Source: an uncultured Anaerolineae bacterium
GTDB lineage: Bacteria; Chloroflexota; Anaerolineae; Aggregatilineales; Ch27
DNA: 64,000 nucleotides
NCBI GenBank assembly: GCA_964529715.1
Contig: CAZGXI010000023.1
Span: 130-64,129, forward strand
Direction of reading: 5' to 3'
Shown: piece by piece, positions 17,943-27,300 of the stretch
How the letters are laid out: the number at the start of each line of letters is the position of its first letter
How positions within the stretch are numbered: the first letter of the stretch is position 1
The notes under the pieces: model-generated
Told to the model about the DNA's origin: nothing
The model's input: only the letters and a program-made list of their open reading frames with translations
The model's database searches: none
Made by a program: the position numbers and the translations under genes

Positions 17943-19019
17943 TTAATTCAAAACCTCCGCCCGCAGCCGGGCGAACTCCGCCGCGAAGTCGGCTTCCATG
18001 CGCGCCCGCGTTTCTCTGGGCAGCAGGGATGCGCGCACGCCGTTGAGCGCCAGCCATTCCAGCGTGTCCGGGCCGAAGCCGAACACATGCGCCGCCGCCA
18101 GGTATTCGTCGGTGAGGGTGGTGTTGAACATGGGCGGGTCGTCCGAGTTGAGCGTGACGTACAGCCCCGCATCGATCAGACGCGGCAGGGGATGATCCGC
18201 CAGGCTCGGAAAGACGCCCAGGCAGACGTTGCTGGTCGGGCAGACGTCCAGGGGAACCTGGCTGACGCGCAACTCGTCCACCAGGGTCGGGTCTTCCAGG
18301 CAGCGCACACCATGACCGATCCGCGCCGCGTGGGCGATGTGCAGCGCATCCCACATACTCTGCGGACCGGCAACCTCTCCGGCGTGTGGTACGCTGGCCA
18401 GCCCGGCGGCGCGCGCCCGCGCGAACGCTTCAGCGAATTTCGTCGGTGGATTGCCATCTTCCGGCCCGCCCAGGCCGAGCGCCACGACGCCGCGCCCCAT
18501 GCCGCCGATGGCCCATTCGGTGGTGATTAACCCCTCGGCAGGGCTGACATCGCGCGAGATGTCCAGGATCAGGCCCATGCTTACGCCGAGTTCGGATTCG
18601 GCCCAGGCACGGGCGCGGTTGATAGCTGCCAACTGCTGCTCGAAGGCCAGGCCGCTTTGCACGTAATGGGTGTAGGGCGTGTAGGTCACTTCGCTGTAGC
18701 GGATGTTTTGCTGCGCCTGTCCGGTCAGGAACTCGCGCGCGACAAGTTCGATGTCGTCGGGCGTGCGGATGCACTCGCAAATCTGGAAGTAGACTTCCAA
18801 AAAATGCCCGAAGTCGCTGAAGCGATACCATTCCCGCAGCCCGTCCACGCTGTCGGCGGGGAGCGCCACGCCGTGCTGCCGGGCCAGCTTGAGCAGCGTC
18901 TCCGGCCTGACCGAGCCTTCCAGGTGGACGTGCAGTTCCACCTTTGGCATCCGGCGAATGAACTCGTCCAGGGGATGTGGCCCTGCTGCTTGTGTGGCTG
19001 TATGGGGCGTCGGCAACAT
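17943..19019 (-). CDS. add: Adenosine deaminase
   Basis: PKVELHVHLEGS, HAGE, RIGHG, CPTSN, NSDDP metal-binding motifs. Confidence 0.95.
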   Translation of the reverse strand: MLPTPHTATQAAGPHPLDEFIRRMPKVELHVHLEGSVRPETLLKLARQHGVALPADSVDGLREWYRFSDFGHFLEVYFQICECIRTPDDIELVAREFLTGQAQQNIRYSEVTYTPYTHYVQSGLAFEQQLAAINRARAWAESELGVSMGLILDISRDVSPAEGLITTEWAIGGMGRGVVALGLGGPEDGNPPTKFAEAFARARAAGLASVPHAGEVAGPQSMWDALHIAHAARIGHGVRCLEDPTLVDELRVSQVPLDVCPTSNVCLGVFPSLADHPLPRLIDAGLYVTLNSDDPPMFNTTLTDEYLAAAHVFGFGPDTLEWLALNGVRASLLPRETRARMEADFAAEFARLRAEVLN

Positions 19020-19027
19020 GCGATCAC

Positions 19028-22000
19028 CTATCCTTCGTCCAAAATCTGTTCCAAGCGATCCACGCCGGTGCTGTAATACTTCGCCTCCGGGTGATGGACG
19101 ACAATGGCCGCCGTGCTCTGTTCCGGCACGAGCTGGTAGGCGGCGGTCAGGGTCATGCCTAGGTCGCTCATTGCCCCCGGCAGCAGCCGGAACACGATCT
19201 CATGCTGGGCCAGGTCCGGGCAGGCGGGATAGCCCCAGCTATAGCGTTTGCCCTGTTCCGGTGCCAGGCCCAGTTCACGACGGATGTGCGCATGGACGTA
19301 GTTGGCGGTCGCCTCGGCGGTTTGCACGGCCAGTCCGTGAAAGAAATACGCTTCGGTGTAGCCGTCGGCGCCTTGCAGGCGGTCGAATTCCTCGGTCGCG
19401 CCTTCGCCTACCGTGACGACCTGGAACGCGGCCACGTCTACCCGGCCATCGTCGGCGGGCAGAAAGTAGTCGCTGAGGCACAGGAAGTCGCCGGTGGCCT
19501 GGCGCGGGAAGGTGAAGCGTGCGAACTCAACGCGCTCTGGGGCCTGCCCATTTGCCGCCGCGAAAGGTCGCCAATCCCACACGATCAGATCGTCGCCGTC
19601 GCTGTTCACCGGGAAATAGCCGTACACGGCCTGGGGGCGCAGCGTTTCGCGGCGCAAGGCTTCCCTTTGCATCCGCGCCAGCCGCGTCTCGAACTCGGCT
19701 TGCAGCTTTTCCCACTCCGACCCGTGCGCGTTCTTTGCGCCCCAGGAAAGGCGGTATAGTTCCGGTTTATCCAGGTGAGTGAAGACCATTTCCAGCGGCA
19801 TCGCATGGATCGTCTTGCTGCCCCAGAACGGCGGCGCTGGGACGAAGGGCGCGGGCTGTACGGCGCTGCCCCGTCCGACGGGGCGTTCACGCTTGCGGCG
19901 GGTGGGTTTGCCCTGATCCGCATAGGCTTCGTCAATGATCTCGGCGACGAAGGTGTCTCGCCTGGCCGGGTCGGCCAGGGTATCCATGACCGAGAGGCCC
20001 TCGAAGGCATCCTGGCAATAGAACACGCCCGGTGCATAAGGCTCGCCGGTCTCATCCAGAAAGAGGATGCGCCGCCCGAACTTGCGGTTGATCGCCGCGC
20101 CGCCGACCAGCACCGGGAACGTCAGGCCGCGCCGGGCCAGTTCGTTAACCACCAGCGGCATTTGTCTGGATGTGCTGACCAGCAACGCGCTCAGGCCGAT
20201 GGCGTCGGCGTTGACCTCGACGGCCTTCTCGATGATCGTGTTGGCGGGCACCTGTTTGCCCAGGTCGTGCACGGTGTAGCCGTTGTTGGCGAGGATGGTC
20301 TTGACCAGGTTCTTGCCGATGTCGTGCACGTCGCCGTAGACCGTTGCCAGCACCACGACGCCTTTTGTCACGCCCTCCACGCGGTCCATAAACTGTTCCA
20401 GGTAGCCGACGGACTTCTTCATCACCTCGGCGCTTTGCAACACAAACGGCAGGATCAACTCGCCCGCGCCGAACTTGTCCCCGACTTCCTTCATGGCGGG
20501 CAGCAGGACGTTGTTCAGCACGCCGACGGCGTCCTGGCGGGTCAGGCAGTCGTCGATAAGGGCTTCGACGCCCTCCTTCTTGCGGTGGACGATCTGCCAG
20601 TGGAGCGCCTGTTCGGCGGTCATGCCGGCGGTGGGGTCTTCGACTTCTTTTGCCCCGGTCTGGACCTGGTGCTGCTGAAAGTACTGGATGAAACGCGGCA
20701 GGGCGTCGGGGTCGCTGTTGAAGATCAGGTCTTCGGCCAGCTTGCGCTGTTCGGTAGGAATTTCGGCGTAGGGTGTGATGTGTGCCGGGTTGACGATAGC
20801 CATGTCCAGGCCGGCCTGCACCGCGTGGTAGAGGAAGACGCTGTTCAACACGCCGCGCGCGGCTTCGTCCACGCCGAAGCTGACGTTGCTGACGCCGAGC
20901 GAGGTCATCACGCCGGGGAGATGCTGCTTGATCAGCCGGATCGCTTCGATGGTTTCAATGGCGCTGTTGCGCAGTTCTTCCTGTCCGGTTGTCAGGGGAA
21001 AGGTCAAGGTATCGAAGATCAGGTCTTCGGGCGAGAGGCCGTAGTCGTTGACGGCGATCTCGGTGATGCGTCGGGCGATCTCGAACTTCTTCTGGCGGGT
21101 GTGGGCCATGCCCTCTTCGTCGATGGTCATGGAGAGCACGCCCGCGCCGTACTTCTTTGCAATCGGAAAGACCCGGTCGATCCGTTCGCGTCCGTTTTCC
21201 AGATTGTTGCCATTAATGATGCCCCGGCCCGGATAGACGGCAAGCGCGGCCTCGGCCACTTCTGGCTCGGTCGTGTCGATGATCAGGGGCACATCTACCG
21301 CCAGGGCCAGTTTTTTCACCAGCGTGCGCATCTGGTGGGCCTCATCACTGCGTTCGGTGAGGGCCACGCCCACATCCAGCATGTGCGCGCCGTTATCGAC
21401 CTGCTCACGCGCGATTTGCACGATGCTGTCGTAGTCGTCTGCCAGCAGCAGGCGCTTGACCTTGCGGCTGCCCTGGCTGTTTACCCGTTCGCCGATCAGG
21501 GTCGGGCCGGGATTCTGCACCATTGGCACAGCGCGCATGTTGCTGGACGCCTGGGCCACGTGCTCTGGTCGGCGCGGGGTGGGGGGGCGAACCTCACCCC
21601 CTGGCCCCCTCTCCGTAAACAGAGAGGGGGAAGCGGCAGGATGTCCGTGCACTTTTTGGTACAGCAGGGCGATGTGCTCTGGGCGGGTGCCGCAGCAGCC
21701 GCCCACGACGTTCACGCCCCAGCGGGCGAACTCTGCCACCATGTCGCTGAACGGGTCTGGCTCCATCGGGTAGACGGCCTCGCCTTCGACGTTGATTGGC
21801 AGTCCTGCGTTCGGCAGGACGCTGATCGGCAGGGTGCTGTGCTCCACGAGATATTGAATCGGCGCGCGCATGTGCTCCGGCCCGGTGGAACAGTTGAGGC
21901 CGATCACGTCGATGGGCAGGGCTTCCAGCGTGGCGAGGGCGCTGCCGATGTCTGTGCCAAACAGCATCCGGCCTGAGGTATCCAGCGTCACCTGTACCTG

Positions 22001-22612
22001 CAAGGGGATGCGCTGGCCGGAGTCTGCAAAGTAGCGGTTGAGGCCCACGACCGCCGCCTTGACCTCCAGGATGTCTTGGCTGGTCTCCACCAGCAACAGG
22101 TCCGCGCCACCCTCGACCAGCCCTTGTGCCTGCTCGTAGAACAGGTTGGCCAGCTCGTCGAAGGTGATGTCGCTTAACTGCGGGTCGTCGCCGCTGGGCA
22201 GCTTGCCGGATGGCCCGATGCTCCCGGCGACAAAGCGCGGGATGCCCGTCTCGGCGGCGAAGCGGTCACAGACGCGCCGGGCGATCTGCGCTGCCGCGCG
22301 GTTGATCTCCAGCACGCGCTCGCCCAGGCCGTAGTCGCCCAGGGTGAGCCGGTTGGCCCGGAAGGTGTTCGTCTCGATGACCTCTGCCCCCACGGCCAGG
22401 AATGAGGCATGAATCTCCTCGATCACGTCCGGGCGGGTGATGGACAGGTAGTCGTTGCAGCCGTTGTACTGTTCGCCGCCGAAGTCGTCGGCAGATAGAT
22501 GGTAACGCTGGATGCTGGTGCCCATCGCGCCGTCGAACACGACGATGTGATCGGCGATGGCGTCCAGATAGCGTCGATTGGTGTACGTGCGGTTCGCGTG
22601 GCGGTGGGTCAT
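19028..22612 (-). CDS. metH: B12-dependent methionine synthase
   Basis: DGAMGT, GLNC, GGCCGT, pterin domain IGERVNSQGSRK, B12 motif GDVHDIGKNLV, activation domain RYSWGYPACPDL. SD AAGGA lies upstream of ATG 22612. Confidence 0.98.
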   Translation of the reverse strand: MTHRHANRTYTNRRYLDAIADHIVVFDGAMGTSIQRYHLSADDFGGEQYNGCNDYLSITRPDVIEEIHASFLAVGAEVIETNTFRANRLTLGDYGLGERVLEINRAAAQIARRVCDRFAAETGIPRFVAGSIGPSGKLPSGDDPQLSDITFDELANLFYEQAQGLVEGGADLLLVETSQDILEVKAAVVGLNRYFADSGQRIPLQVQVTLDTSGRMLFGTDIGSALATLEALPIDVIGLNCSTGPEHMRAPIQYLVEHSTLPISVLPNAGLPINVEGEAVYPMEPDPFSDMVAEFARWGVNVVGGCCGTRPEHIALLYQKVHGHPAASPSLFTERGPGGEVRPPTPRRPEHVAQASSNMRAVPMVQNPGPTLIGERVNSQGSRKVKRLLLADDYDSIVQIAREQVDNGAHMLDVGVALTERSDEAHQMRTLVKKLALAVDVPLIIDTTEPEVAEAALAVYPGRGIINGNNLENGRERIDRVFPIAKKYGAGVLSMTIDEEGMAHTRQKKFEIARRITEIAVNDYGLSPEDLIFDTLTFPLTTGQEELRNSAIETIEAIRLIKQHLPGVMTSLGVSNVSFGVDEAARGVLNSVFLYHAVQAGLDMAIVNPAHITPYAEIPTEQRKLAEDLIFNSDPDALPRFIQYFQQHQVQTGAKEVEDPTAGMTAEQALHWQIVHRKKEGVEALIDDCLTRQDAVGVLNNVLLPAMKEVGDKFGAGELILPFVLQSAEVMKKSVGYLEQFMDRVEGVTKGVVVLATVYGDVHDIGKNLVKTILANNGYTVHDLGKQVPANTIIEKAVEVNADAIGLSALLVSTSRQMPLVVNELARRGLTFPVLVGGAAINRKFGRRILFLDETGEPYAPGVFYCQDAFEGLSVMDTLADPARRDTFVAEIIDEAYADQGKPTRRKRERPVGRGSAVQPAPFVPAPPFWGSKTIHAMPLEMVFTHLDKPELYRLSWGAKNAHGSEWEKLQAEFETRLARMQREALRRETLRPQAVYGYFPVNSDGDDLIVWDWRPFAAANGQAPERVEFARFTFPRQATGDFLCLSDYFLPADDGRVDVAAFQVVTVGEGATEEFDRLQGADGYTEAYFFHGLAVQTAEATANYVHAHIRRELGLAPEQGKRYSWGYPACPDLAQHEIVFRLLPGAMSDLGMTLTAAYQLVPEQSTAAIVVHHPEAKYYSTGVDRLEQILDEG
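21592..21631 (+). repeat. CCTCACCCC...CCCCCTCTC/GAGAGGGGG hairpin repeat inside metH
   Basis: CCTCACCCCCTGG-CCCCCTCTC-CGTAAACA-GAGAGGGGG. Perfect 9-bp stem, 21605-21613 with 21622-21630. Confidence 0.75.
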
Positions 22613-22629
22613 AAATCGCATCCTTTGGA

Positions 22630-22680
22630 TTACCAGTGTTCAACCAACAAACCCTCGATTTCCGAAGAGTGTTTATCGGC
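22630..22680 (-). pseudogene. Last 16 codons of a VapC-like PIN toxin
   Basis: Alternative frame at the antitoxin stop reads ADKHSSEIEGLLVEHW*, resembling the VapC C-terminal D.HF..I.GL..E.W motif. Confidence 0.6.
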
Positions 22681-22879
22681 CCTCCCCGATGGCCTCTGCC
22701 ATTTCCGCTACATCCGCCGGCGAGAAGTTGAGACGGCGAATATCGGCAATCAAGCTGCTTCCCGGCTCGCCGCGTGGACGGGGCAGGCTGCGCACGAATT
22801 CCAGTACGCGGCGCTGCTGGTCGGCGTCCAGTTTGTGAACCTGCTCCAGAATTTTCTGGGTGTAGTCGCGTGTCGTCAT
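22673..22879 (-). CDS. Putative antitoxin (DUF2281-like small protein)
   Basis: 68 aa, ILEQVHKLDADQQRRVLEFVRSL. Size and style match antitoxins found upstream of PIN toxins. Confidence 0.6.
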   Translation of the reverse strand: MTTRDYTQKILEQVHKLDADQQRRVLEFVRSLPRPRGEPGSSLIADIRRLNFSPADVAEMAEAIGEGR

Positions 22880-22915
22880 GGGACTTCTCCGGTTGGCTCC
22901 GTGCAGGCCGGAGGA

Positions 22916-23341
22916 TTACTCGATTACTTTCTTGAACACATACGAAACGCGCTCGTAGCCCATGTGCTGCTCGTAGAAGCGGTGTGCGCCAGTCCGCCAG
23001 AAAGCCGAAGATAGTGCCACGCAGGCGCAGCCTTCGCGCCGGGCGAAGTCTTCGACGTATTCCAGCAGCACGCGCCCGTAGCCTTTGGAGCGGGCCTCGG
23101 CCTTCGTCACCAGGTCGTAGACCCACACATGTCGCCCGTAGTACAGGTTCGTGCCGATCTCGATGCCTGCCAGGGCGACGATCTCGCCATCCTCACGCAG
23201 GGCGAACAGTCGGTAGCCGCGCCCGATCATGACCTTCAGCAGGTCCAGGTATTGTTGCTCATCCAGGTGAGTGCGTAGTTCGTGCATCACCGGATAGGCT
23301 TCACGCAGTTCTTCCTCGGTGCACAGTTCTATAATCGTCAT
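22916..23341 (-). CDS. GNAT family N-acetyltransferase
   Basis: VYDLVTKAEARSKGYGRVLL acetyl-CoA motif and AHRFYE. Confidence 0.92.
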   Translation of the reverse strand: MTIIELCTEEELREAYPVMHELRTHLDEQQYLDLLKVMIGRGYRLFALREDGEIVALAGIEIGTNLYYGRHVWVYDLVTKAEARSKGYGRVLLEYVEDFARREGCACVALSSAFWRTGAHRFYEQHMGYERVSYVFKKVIE

Positions 23342-24102
23342 AGCTTCAGACAGGCCTCCACCGCCAGCCAGAACAATCTCTCCCGCACCGATTTGCGGGC
23401 GAGCCAATCACGGTTATCCCACACGTCGCCGCTCACGTCGTCGCCGCCGTAGAGAATCTGGGCGAAGGTCACGCCCCGAAACTGCGCCACCGCAAAGAAG
23501 GCTGCCGCTTCCATCTCGACGGTGATGCACCCTTCGGCTTTACGGCGGGCGATCCGGGCCGGGGTCTCGCGGTAGATGCCGTCGGTGGTCCAGGTCCTGC
23601 CTGTGAGGTAAGGAACGGCGTGCGCCTGGAGGGTCGCCTCAAGCGCGGCGACGCCTTCTGGGCTGGCGGCGACCTCACGCCCCGGCGGCAGGTAGTGGTA
23701 CGATGTCCCCTCGTCGCGCACGGCAGTGGTCGGCACAATCACGTGCCCGACGGCGATTTCCTTATTGAGGACACCCGCGCCACCGCAGGCGATGAATTTG
23801 CGGCAGCCGAGGGCGATCAGTTCTTCCAGGAACCCGGCAGACAGCGGCGCACCCACGCCCGGATGCGCGACCGTCAGCCGCCTGCCATCGATGTCCAGTT
23901 CGTAGACCGGGTTCGGGCCGATCTCGCTGGCGAGCGATTTGACCACGCTGGCTGCGCCGTTGCCGCACACCGCACCGATCACGTCTTGAAAGAAGCACAG
24001 TACACAGTGGTCGGCGATGTCCAGCGGGCGGATCAGGCGGCTTGGTTCGAGAAGAGCCTCTCGTGTGGGATCGAATTCCAGGATCGGGTAGGGATGGTCC
24101 AC
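23338..24102 (-). CDS. Nucleoside phosphorylase (PNP/UDP family)
   Basis: GVGAPLSA, GGAG, RDEGTSYHY, WTTDGIYRET, VEMEAAA. GTG start after AAGGA. Confidence 0.9.
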   Translation of the reverse strand: MDHPYPILEFDPTREALLEPSRLIRPLDIADHCVLCFFQDVIGAVCGNGAASVVKSLASEIGPNPVYELDIDGRRLTVAHPGVGAPLSAGFLEELIALGCRKFIACGGAGVLNKEIAVGHVIVPTTAVRDEGTSYHYLPPGREVAASPEGVAALEATLQAHAVPYLTGRTWTTDGIYRETPARIARRKAEGCITVEMEAAAFFAVAQFRGVTFAQILYGGDDVSGDVWDNRDWLARKSVRERLFWLAVEACLKL

Positions 24103-24379
24103 GCATTCCTTCTTTCGGCAGATCGCTGTACCCGGATAACAAAATGCGCTTCCCCGGTACTCGAAGAAGCGCGACGCGACAAACCAGCCTATGTCACTCA
24201 TCTTCCAGTTCCCTGACGGACTTGGCACCTTCCCGGCGCTCCGGGGGTTGCCGCGGGTTCACAGGGCCGTTCCCTCCCCCGCTCTGGATGAGTATATCAA
24301 TTGCAGGTTATAGTAGCATAGGTGACTGGAAGCGTCAAGATAGTGGGCGGCAAAACGGCGACGAAAGCAAGGTTGATTC

Positions 24380-27300
24380 ATGAGGGGGAATACGTCACGA
24401 AGGGCGCTGGCGATCTTGCTGGCAGTGTTGAGCCTGTTGCCTGCCAATGTGGGTGCCCAGGGCACGCCGGATGCGCAGCGCATGGCCCTGGTGAGCGAAA
24501 TCGGCGGCGTGGCGCGGGCGGTGGCGGCGCTGGAGGACGGTTTGCTGCTGGCGGAAGGCGAGTCGCTGGTCCGGCTGGACGGCGCGGGCAGGGAGATCGG
24601 GCGGGCTGCACCGGGGCGGGGAGCAGTGCAGGACCTCGCTGCGCGCGGTGGGGCGGTTTACGCGCTGACCGAAACGGGCCTGTCCGTCCTTGACCTGGAT
24701 TCCCTGGCGGAGCGCGCTTTTTTGCCGGGCGGGGGGCAGGCGCTTGCCGTCACCGACCGGGCGATCTACGTGGCAGCGCAGCGGGCGGGGCTTCGCGCGG
24801 CGCTGATCGGTGCGGATGGGCTACCTGGCGGCTGGCAGGCTATTCCCTCCTCTGATGGGGCTGCTGTAGACATAGATGCCGACGCGGCGGCAGCGTACCT
24901 CTATGTGGCGCTGGGCGAAGGGGGGATCGGCATTTATGCCCTGAGTGATCCTGCTGTCCCAGCCCTGGTCCACCGGATCACTGATGTCGGCGCGATCCGG
25001 GCTGTCGATGTGGACGGCGCGCGGCTGTTTGCGGCAAGTGGCCACCGCCTGCACGTTTACGACCTGTCGGGGCCGACACAGCCCGTGCTGGCCGATAGCT
25101 ACGATCCCCTGCACGACGCGCGCGGGCTGGTGCTGCGCGGCGAGTGGGCCTACGTCGCGGACGCGGCGGGCGGGTTGAAGCGGTATGTCTTCGACAGCCT
25201 GACCGCCGTTCGCTTTGACCGCGTCGTCTGGCAGGGAGAAGCCTATGGTGTGTTTGACGATGGGCGCTATCTGTATCTGGCTGCCGGCTGGGACGGCGTG
25301 ATCGCACTCGACGCGCCGGATCGGGACAGGCTGGAGGCACGCGGGCGTGTGGTGCTGCCGGGGTTGGCGTCGGCAGTGGTAGTAGACGGGGCCGGAGGCG
25401 CGCGGCGCGGGCTGGCAGCCCTGGGCGCGGAAGGGGTGGCCGTCATCGACTGGCGGGACATCAATGCGCCGCGCCTGGGGGCGGTGTTGAACCTGGGCGG
25501 CGCGGTGCGGGCGGTGGCCGTGCGGGATGCAGTCGGCTTTGCGGCGGTCGAGGGCGTGGGGTTGGCGATCCTGGGGCTGGCAGACGTGAACGCGCCCACG
25601 CTGCTGGCGACCGTGCCCATGCAGGGCGCGCCGCAGTCGCTGGCCCTTGGCGGCACGCTGGTCTATGCAGCAGCAGGGGACGGCGGGCTGTACGTGGTGG
25701 AGACGATCCGGCCTGCCGAGGCGGCCATCGTGGGGCGGCTGCTGCCGCCGCGCGCCGATCAGCCTTTTCTGCACGTCGCACTCGAAGGCAAACGGGCTTA
25801 CATCAGTACGGGAGACGCGCTGCTGATCGCCGACGTGGACAGCGGTCAGACGCCGCAGGTATTATCGACACTTTCGATTCCGGCAACGGCAGCGGCGGCG
25901 CGGGCGTTCATCGCCTATGCCGTTGGCCCACGTTCGCTAACCACCGTCAATGGCGGTTCTAGCAACGCGCCCGAAATTTTACATACTTACCGGGCTATCG
26001 ATTCGATCTGCGCGGTGTTGTCTGGTGGGGAGTACGTCTGGCTGGCCGGGCAGGGTGATGGCGCGCAGGCGGCGTTCCTGGGGCTGAGTGGGTTGGGGGC
26101 TGCGGAAGCATGGACTGCCGGCTATGGAGAAGGCTGCTCCCTGGCGACCGGACAGGGCGGCCTGGCATGGCTGGCTGCCGGATCGGATGGCCTGATTGCA
26201 CTGCGTCCCGGTGGAGCATCTCCGGTGAGGCCTGCTGCTCTTGGCGGGGAAACCATCCACGTGCTGGCGGACGGTCGGTTGCTGATCGGCGGCGGGACGG
26301 GATGGGGCATCCTTGACCCGGCGGGCCAGGACGGCCACTGGGTGCGCGGCGAAGCGCCGGGCCGGGTCGCCGGGCTGACTGGGGCAGGGGACTCGATCTT
26401 CCTGGCGCTGGGCGAGGGCGGCGCAGTGCGCTACGGTCCGGTTGACCAGGGGGAGTCGTTCCGATTGGTGGCCCACTGGTTGCCAGGAGCAGCGGACGGT
26501 TCTGCGCGCGGCGTGACGGCAGAGGGGCAGTTTGTCTATGTGGCCGAAGACGGGCCGGGAGCAGGCGGGGCGCTGCGGGTCTTGACGGCAGAATCGCTGC
26601 AGACGGTGACGACGGTTCCCTTGCCGGGGCGGGCACAGGCCGTCGCCCAGCAAGATGGGCTGGCTTACGTGGACTATGGGCGGGATGGGCGCGGCGGGCT
26701 GGCCGTGATCGACGTGCGGACGCCGACGGCAGGATTGCGCGCAGTTGGATCAGCCGCTTTCCCGGCGACGGGGCTGGCGCTGACAGCCGATGGCAGAATT
26801 GGCTACGCGGTGGGCGGCACGGCGCTTACCGTCTTCGACCTGTCCGGCTGGCCAGAAGTTCGCCCTCTGCGGGTTGTGAGGCTTTCCAGGTCGGTGAGCC
26901 GGTTGATCCTGGACGAGGCGGGGCGTCGCCTGTTGGGATTTGCGCCGGGGCAATCCGTGCTGGTGCTGCGCTTGGATGATCCCACTCTGCCGGTTCCGGC
27001 AGCCATTCTGGAGACGGCGGCCCAGGATGTGGCAGTGTACGGCGACGCGCTCTATCTGGCGGTGGGGGAGGGCGGTTTACAGGCGGCGAATCTGGCCTTG
27101 TTGGAAAACCTGGCTACCACTGTGCGGACGCTCAATGGCGCGCCGACGGCAGCCCTGTGGACGGACAGTGGGATGCTCTATGCCGCAGGGGCGGCCTCTC
27201 TACGCGCCTATGATCTATCTGATCCATTTGCCCCGGCACAGACAGCCACACTGTCTCTGGAGCGGGGCGACGCAGCGCAGGCGCTGGTCGGGCGGGCCAC

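Noticed and set aside
19775-21976. 733-aa ORF on + opposite metH (and similar long antisense ORFs such as 3033..4229, 16294..17472, 17496..18530, 47772..49148)
   Set aside because: These are shadow frames of well-supported genes in GC-rich DNA, with no recognisable motifs.
22613-22915. SAM or cobalamin riboswitch upstream of metH
   Set aside because: The region is occupied by the TA remnant, and no S-box or B12-box conserved sequences are visible.
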